Program-made: the position numbers and the translations under genes | Source of the DNA: Selaginella moellendorffii | Lineage: Eukaryota > Plantae > Lycopodiophyta | Assembly (NCBI RefSeq): GCF_000143415.4 | Contig: NW_003314296.1 | Location: 1,649,858 to 1,713,857, forward strand | Direction of reading: 5' to 3' | DNA length: 64,000 bases | The notes under the pieces: generated by a model | What the model saw: only the letters and a program-made list of their open reading frames with translations | The model's database searches: none | Told to the model about the DNA's origin: nothing | Shown: one piece after another, positions 51,550-64,000 of the stretch | Position numbering within the stretch: the stretch's first letter is position 1 | Layout of the letters: every line of letters begins with the position of its first letter

Positions 51550-52691
51550 ATGGCGGCGTCGGCTTCGGCGATCAGCAGCTCCTCCTTCTCCGGCCAGACT
51601 GCGCTCAAGAGCCCCAATGAGCTCTCCAGGAAGGTCGGAAATCTGGGAGAGGCACGCACCGTGATGAGGCGAACCAGGGCCAGCACTCCCGATAGCATTT
51701 GGTAAGTCGAGATCTCCCTCTCCAGCAACCTGCATTCCCTGTTTCGTGTGATAAGTTTCTTAGAAGAAAGTAGCAATACCTCGATCGTGTACCTCCATTT
51801 CTTAAAAGATCATAGTCCTTGATCTTCACACCATTTCCTCCGCGCTCTTGAAAGATATAGCTCTGTTGTCTCCATACCATTTCCTTCGAGCTCTTGAAAG
51901 TTCATAGTCGCTAACTTTGTTGTCTCCACACCATTTCCTNNNNNNNNNNNNNNNNNNNNNNNNNNNNNNNNNNNNNNNNNNNNNNNNNNNNNNNNNNNNN
52001 NNNNNNNNNNNNNNNNNNNNNNNNNNNNNNNNNNNNNNNNNNNNNNNNNNNNNNNNNNNNNNNNNNNNNNNNNNNNNNNNNNNNNNNNNNNNNNNNNNNN
52101 NNNNNNNNNNNNNCTGGCGACTACGGCTGGGATACCGCGGGTCTCTCGGCCGACCCCGAGACGTTCGCCAAAAACCGGGAGCTCGAAGTCATCCACTCCC
52201 GCTGGGCCATGCTCGGAGCTCTCGGCTGCGTCACCCCCGAGCTCCTCGCCAAGAACGGCATCAAGTTTGGCGAGGCTGTGTGGTTCAAGGCCGGCTCGCA
52301 GATCTTCAAGGAAGGTGGCCTCGACTACCTGGGAAATCCCAACCTCGTCCACGCACAGAGCATCCTTGCCATCTGGGCCAGCCAAGTTATCCTCATGGGA
52401 GCCGTCGAAGGCTACAGAATTGGAGGTGGACCGCTCGGCGAGGGGCTGGACAAGATCTACCCCGGAGGTGCGTTTGATCCGCTCGGACTCGCTGACGACC
52501 CGGATACTTTCGCTGAGCTCAAGGTGAAGGAGTTGAAGAACGGCAGACTGGCGATGTTCTCCATGTTTGGTTTCTTCACTCAGGCCATTGTTACAGGCAA
52601 GGGACCCATCGAGAACTTGCTCGACCACCTTGACAACCCCACCGTCAACAATGCCTGGGCGTATGCAACCAACTTCACTCCCGGATCCTAG
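51550..52691 (+). CDS. LHCII chlorophyll a/b-binding protein (Lhcb1/2 type); gap covers the intron end and exon 2 start
   Basis: Transit peptide, [28 protein letters not shown]...[17 protein letters not shown]...[13 protein letters not shown]. Confidence 0.95.
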
Positions 52692-53096
52692 ACGCTTCAA
52701 TTTGCAAAGAAAAAAAGAAAAAGATGATGTTCCGAAATCACTGTAAACCAGAATAAAACATGCTTACTTCTTGTCACTGTTGACACTTCGGAACTTGTGA
52801 AGAGCAGTGATCCTGTTGGACTTGACAAAGAAGATCCTCGTGTGCCTTTTAGGATCGAGCTTGCAAAGTTCCTCGTTGAGAACAGAATAAAAAAACTTTA
52901 CGTGATTATACACGACATGGAACCATTTCCTGTTATCAAAGCTATGCATTGCCTCTGGAAAACTCACTGAGAATCAGCAAAAAGAAACAAGGAAGCTGAA
53001 CTAGTAACTTACCTTGATCGATTGTTGGGTGAACAAGCACTGCCAAATCTTGTAAAAGACGGTATCAGAACAAGTGAAACAAGAAAAAAGAAAGAG

Positions 53097-55101
53097 TCAA
53101 TTCCAAGGAGAGTTTTCCAGAGGCATGAGAATGGACTTGTGCTGGAGATATGGAAGCAAGCCTTCGTATCCATTCTCTCGGCCGATTCCACTCATCTTGT
53201 AGCCTCCAAACGGTACTGTTGGTCCTGCTCTCAGGTAGGAATTCACGTAGACAACGCCCGATTTGATCGACCTGGTCAGAAGATTGACTGTGTCAATGTT
53301 TTTGCTGAAGACCGCCGCTGCTAGACCGTAGTGTGTGCTGTTTGCAAGCTCCACGGCTTCGTCAAGAGTCCTGACTCAGTGAAGTAATTACCATCAGATA
53401 AACCAAGGCATAAACGAAGCTTTCTTACTTGAACTTGAGCACTGAAAGCACGGGACCAAAGATTTCCTCGTTGGCAATCTTCATGGATTGCTACACAAAT
53501 GTCCTGGATGTTTTGAGAAAAGAGTAAGAGAATTTTAACACAGCAAACCTTGACGTCTCCAAAAATTGTTGGCTGGATGTAAAATCCTTTGTCGCCAATG
53601 CGTTTGCCTCCCACTAGAAGGCTGGCACCTTCTTTTTTTCCCGACTCAATGTAGCTCAAAACTTTGTCCAGCTGCTCCTGGTTGATCTGATAAAACAGTT
53701 CGTGACTAGTTTCCGAAAGATCAAGAGAGGATATTTTCTTACTTGGGGACCATTTTGGACTCCGGACTGGAAAGGATCTCCAATTACACGTTCGCTTGCC
53801 AGCTTGACAGACCTCTTGATAAACTCGTCATGAATACTTTCGTGAACAAAGACTCGCGATGCAGCAACACAGACTTGTCCCTGAAACACATGTCATCATT
53901 TCCAAACAAGTTCCCATCCTGAAAATTTCACCTGATGCATGAAAATGGCATTTTGAGAGACGGCCACAGCCGAGTCCAAGTCGGCATCCTCGCAGATTAT
54001 AAACGGAGATTTGCCACCAAGCTCCAGTGTGACGGGCTTTAAGTTGCTTCTCGCAGCACTCTCCATTATCATTCTTCCAACTTCAGTGGAACCAGTAAAT
54101 GTCACCTGAGGAAAAAATGAACTTTTTTTTTCAACTTTTTTTTTCAACTTTTCTTTTCAATTGCAAGCTTTCTTACCTTATCCACGCTCATATGCTTCGA
54201 AATCGCGGCTCCTGCAGTGGGACCATAACCAGGAATAACATTGAGGACTCCCGCGGGAATCCCTGCCTATATTCGTGAAGAAAAAATGACTTTTTGTAGT
54301 GCAAGTCTTTCTTACCTCTTGAGAAAGACTCGCCAGGAGCAGTCCTGTCAAAGGTGTCTGCTCGGCAACCTTGACAACGATCGTATTTCCACAAGTTAAC
54401 GCAGACCCGACTTTGTTGAGAAACATATGAGCCGGGAAGTTCCACGGAACAATCGCTCCAACCACACCAATTGGCTCCAAAAGGGTGTAGCACATCCGAG
54501 TAGAATCAGTTCGCAAGGTCTTTCCATTGAGCTTGTCAGCCCAGCCTGAGAAAAAAAAAGCCACTCCACTGGTTCAGCAGTGTTTCGATATTGAAAATAT
54601 GTTTGTAGTACCTGCATTGTATCGCAGAGAGGCAACCGAACCCGCAATTATCCCCTTGCTTAGATCGATCAACATTCCGTTGTTGAGGGTCTCAAGAGTT
54701 GCCAGTTCGTCGAGATGTTCCTCGATCACATCCGCGAACTTGTAAAGTATCCTTCCTCTTTCCTATCAAACGAGCATGAACAAAAGATAAGTAAGAAGGA
54801 AGAAGGAAGAACTCACAGCAGCAGCAAGTCGTGGCCAGGGCCCGTGATCAAACGCTTCGCGCGCGGCTCTCACGGCCAGATCCACATCCGCCGCGTCTCC
54901 CTCGGCGACTTGAGCAATACATTCCGAGTTGCTGGGATTGAAAGTGGGGAACGTCTTGCCTGCGAAAGATCGACAAAACCATTTCACTCTCACCACAAAA
55001 GCACGAGAAAAGCAAAGATCACAACCTGAGACAGCGTCCACGAATCGCCCATCGATGAAGAGCTTGGTGTGCTTGACGAGATCCTTGGCATCGCTCCCCA
55101 T
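53097..55101 (-). CDS. Aldehyde dehydrogenase family 2, cytosolic (ALDH2C/REF1-like)
   Basis: [55 protein letters not shown]; no targeting peptide. Confidence 0.93.
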
Positions 55102-56261
55102 ATCTTTTTTACTTTGCTGCTCTCCAAGCCTCGAGTAGTATATACCGGTGCGAATACCAATGCGATATGATATCGACGTGGACCTGTTATTTCAGTGGTA
55201 GGTATGGTGGCCAAAAACTTCGTAAAAAGGATTGACAAACGCAAATCTTGATAAACTAGCATCAAAACACATTTACCGTTCGGTGATGCAGTACTGTTAG
55301 GTGCGAAGATTGAAATAAGGGAGAGACAACTCACTTTCTCCGATGGTCACAGAAGTTGGGGGGTCTGCTTAAACATGAATCTTCACAGGACTCCTCTCAG
55401 TTAAATTGAGGCTATTTCAGAGTTAATGAGTCCTTGATAGAAATTAAACTTCCCAAACAAGCTTTCTCCAAACCTTAGAAAGATGTTGCCCAATTTTATG
55501 TCCATGATGTTTTTTCATCCCCAACATGCACTCTAAGCATTCATTCTACTTCATGAACTGAAGGAAAAACTTTAAAAAGAATATACAATATAACAATAAT
55601 TTTAATTTTAAATATTCTAGACCCATCTTTCCTGGCCGCGGAGAGAGCCTCGGCGTGGCTTCCCTGGCACCCGCTCCAGCGTTCGGCAGAGTCGTGCTGT
55701 GTGGTCCATGGCATGGCCTTGGGGCCACATCCACACACCTGTTGGGCAAGGGGGAGGGAGGCAGCAGTGTGGTCCTCTGGGCTTCCAAGGGAAGCAAGCC
55801 TCGGGGGCGGCGGGAAAGGGGAGGGGCCCCCACCTGCCGTGTGACGGAGGGAGGAAGGGGGGAGGACTCTCCCGGGCCCAAACCGCATGGAGAAGCCTCA
55901 GCCTGTGTGCGTGTGAGGGAGAAGTACGTGATGCAAACCAGTATTAACAGCGTCTGGATGAAGAACACTCCCCATGAGTGTTTTCCTCCTTGTCCTTGGA
56001 AATCAATCAAGCTGAGAAAGAACTACTATAATCTGTCAGCTAGTGATGCTAAATTCTTGTGATATAATTTAACAACGACAAATTCTCCTGAATAAGTCGT
56101 ATTCCAATGAGCTATAATTTGTAAACTCGTGATATACTTAACATCACTAGCCCAGTCAAACAAGGCGGCCTGAGATGCGCGTCACAGGAAATTTTCCGCA
56201 GTTTCCAATATAAATGATTACATCTTCTTCCTGCAATTCTCAAATACAATTCTTCGAGTTC

Positions 56262-59102
<2,841 letters not shown>

Positions 59103-59298
59103 GCAATTTTTGGGATGGAATAAAATTTCGAACATAAAATAAAATTTCGAAACATTCGTGTTCTGGTAGATTTTTTTGCCTGGTAGATTTTTTGCCTCGG
59201 AGGCTCATGCAAAAGCCAATCAATTTCCAGACCATGGATGCCAAGTGCTCCAACTGTCAGCGAACATCCATTGGAGCTTAATCATTATTAGTATAATC

Positions 59299-59366
59299 TT
59301 GGGGCAATATTGATCACCTTACCTATCGCATGCGAAGCAATTGCTCTACCATGTGAACTACACCCT
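59299..59366 (-). pseudogene. Degenerate tRNA-Ala(CGC) pseudogene
   Basis: Minus strand GGGTGTAGTTCACATGGTAGAGCAATTGCTTCGCATGCGATAGG matches the plant tRNA-Ala D and anticodon arms; T-arm and acceptor stem decayed. Confidence 0.7.
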
Positions 59367-59529
59367 TTTAACACACGCCATTTTTTATGTTCTCCATTGT
59401 GACCCACAAAAGCATATTCGGTCAAGTGATATTAATGGCAAAGAGAACAGGAAGAAAGAAAGAATTTAGGGTTCTACGGCCCCAGATGGTCGATCTGGGG
59501 CAGGGATCTTTGCGTGTGGACGGAGCATC

Positions 59530-60720
59530 GATGGTGTGCAAGGAATCGGCGAGGTAGCGCTTCCAATATCGCTGGACGGCGCCTTTACGCTCCAGGAAGC
59601 GCCGCCGTATGGGCTTGGGAATCGGACTCTGGTCGACACAGCCGTGCGAAGAGCTTGGCAGATCGATGGTGGCAAAGTCTTGTCGCATTTTTCCAGCCAC
59701 ACTGTCCAAGCCGTCGCTGCTATTGCTGTTCGTGGCTTGGGGATGGATCCGATTTGTGCAAGCTGCTGGTTTACGAATCAGGTGGGAAACACATATTATC
59801 CATTTCCTCTCTTTCCTCGTACTCTTTCGTTGTTTGCGTTTTTTCTTGGCTAGTCTTCACTCTATTTTACGTCCTTGTTTGATTTCTTACGTGTTTAGAT
59901 TTCAGTGTTTCATAGCTAGTTTCTCTTTGCGTGGGTCTTTCTTATACTTGGTAGAAGGAATCTGATCTTGTTCTTTCACAAGATGGACAGTTCAAGCTAC
60001 ACCGAGACATCGAGAAGGAGCCTGGCATGTTTGCCACTCTCATACTCCAGCTCCCTGCATGGTTGCCAGGGAGGTGCTCTCGTGGTTCAGCATGGCAACC
60101 TCACTTTGACGCTGGCTTCAAGGACACCGTCTTCTTTGCCGACTGCGAGCATGAAATCCAGCCAGTGAGACGAGGAAGGTGTGCGTGCATTTCAACCTGG
60201 TACGCAAGACGAACGTTAGATCCAACAGAGCTCTGTGCGAAGTTAGTACCGCGACTGTGCTACGAGTGAAGTCATCTCTCGCACCTTAGATCCAGGATGC
60301 AAATTCGTCGTTAGAGAAGTTGGTCTTTTGTGTACACGGAGACAAATCTTTGCTTCTCTGGACTTAAAAGATCAAGACAGGCTGGTGGTGGAGCTCCTAG
60401 GAAACGTACCGGTACTGCAGTGCTGCTGTGGTGTTTTGGCAGAAACGCAAGAGCATCGAGCTCGTTTGCCGGGGCAGGACTTGAAGGAGCTCTGGACATG
60501 GTGGAGTGGAGGGAGCTTCGGACTTCTCGGCTTGGCTCATATATCTAGTTAAGTACTATATTGCGGATATGAGCTCCTACGATCACTACAGGAGGAACGG
60601 AAACTTTTGCCGCTTGATCAAGCTTTGCCTTGACTCGGGTGATTCCAACTAAGTTTATCGGCTGATCGAGGTGCTGGGACAGGAAAGAAGCTCCCACAAT
60701 CACTACACGAGATATCTTTT
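59530..60720 (+). pseudogene. 2OG-Fe(II) oxygenase-domain gene relic, fungal/bacterial-type family
   Basis: GIGEVALPIS, APPYGLGNRTLVDTAVRRAWQID, KLLVYESGG, FKLHRDIEKEPGMFATLILQLP, GGALVVQH, FFADCEHEIQPV, YTETNLCFSGLK; several frameshifts. Confidence 0.75.
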
Positions 60721-61929
60721 GAAGGGATCAAGTCCGTTAAGGTTGCAAAGGTGGTTGCTCAAGCCCCCAAGTTTCTGGGATGGGATGCCCCGAGAGATCT
60801 CGTTTTGAAGCTTCTCCGGAGCTAGACCAGTTCGTGTTCTTCTGCCGTAATCTCGATAGCTGAGATGCTCTTCGCCCTGAGGCTGCACGATCAAATTCCG
60901 TTCTTCATCGAGTAGAAAGCTGGAACGGGAGATGTTTGCAAGCTGCTCATCAACCTCTGGAAGCAAGACGCTGCTCAACGCGTCCGTTGGAAGAACGATA
61001 CTTACCTCTATCCGAAGCTTTGCGGGGTGGTCACAACCACGAGAAGAAAGTTTGTATCTCGTCAGATGAAATCCAAAGAAGAAATCTTGTTAGGGCTACA
61101 AGATCACCAAAAGAAAATCTACCAGCATTGATCCTGGAAGAAATCCAGCGTTTCCAGGAGGCGCGCTATGGCCCGGAATGGTTTAGGGCTTAGCCTTGTC
61201 TGGTCTGCCTGCCATGGCAAGAAACATTGCGAAAAAGATGCTGTGCAATTGGGCTTATACTGAAAGTTGCAGCTTTAGCGGACAAACAGCACTAGATCAC
61301 TCTATCAAAGACTGGTGTCCCAGTTAAACTGAGGCTATTTCAGGGTTAATGTACACAATGATGTTTTTTCATCCCCAACATGCACTGTAAGCATTCAATA
61401 GCTTGAAGTTCTTCCTTCAATTCACGTGAACTGAAGGATAAACTTCACTGGCTGAAGCCTTGGAGGTTAAAGTATATAAAATAATAAAAAAGAATATACA
61501 ATATCAAAATAATCTTGATTTTGAAATTCTAGCCACTACTTAAACCCATCTTCCTAGCTAGAAGTACGTGATGCAAACCAGTATTAACAGCGTCTGGATG
61601 AAGAACACTCCCCATGAGTGTTTCCTTCTTGTCCGAGCAAATCAATCAAGCTGAGAAAGAACTATTATAATCTGTCAGCTAGTGATGCTAAATTCTCGTG
61701 ATATAATTTAACATCGACAATTCTCCTGAATAAGTCGTATTTCAAAGAGCTATAATTTGTAAACTCGTGATATACTTTACCATCACTAGCCCTTGACAAA
61801 TTCTCCTGAATAAGTCATATAAGTCAAACAAGCCGGCCTGAGATGCGCGTCACAGGAAATTTTCCGCAGTTTCCAATATAAATGATTACATCTTCTTCCT
61901 GCAATTCTCAAATACAATTCTTCGAGTTC

Positions 61930-64000
<2,071 letters not shown>

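Noticed and set aside
52741-52767. Second GT...AG segment on the minus strand
   Set aside because: 27 nt is too short for a spliceosomal intron

Overview
Gene-dense eukaryotic plant nuclear DNA. The ~45-65 nt introns, very short intergenic spacers, a PLS-type PPR gene and an intact sperm-flagellum gene (PF20/SPAG16) point to a seed-free land plant, most consistent with the lycophyte Selaginella (inference). Genes in order: PPR 3' end, QCR7, VIT1, an F-box-associated-like relic, a SETD6-like methyltransferase, an intronless STE20/OSR1-BLUS1-like kinase, a PUB62-like U-box gene with a long extension, Alba, a BAR-domain protein, PF20, an LBD factor, prefoldin 2, an acyl-ACP thioesterase, kinesin-14 KAC/KCA, GRWD1, histone H3.3, Lhcb, ALDH2 and two tandem subtilases. 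There are also subtilase, purple acid phosphatase, tRNA-Ala and 2OG-Fe(II) oxygenase pseudogenes. The 18-31 kb region holds a repeatedly duplicated and inverted module (PF20 3' end plus an orphan ORF) around nested Ty3/gypsy relics. Most notable: an intronic hairpin with a compensatory base-pair change between the subtilase paralogs, divergence of those paralogs concentrated at the substrate cleft, a ~1.5 kb inverted repeat of PF20, a four-copy orphan ORF, a GC-donor splice switch in the U-box gene, a fungal/bacterial-type dioxygenase relic and a GC-rich insertion. Exon boundaries were read by eye and no database searches were run.
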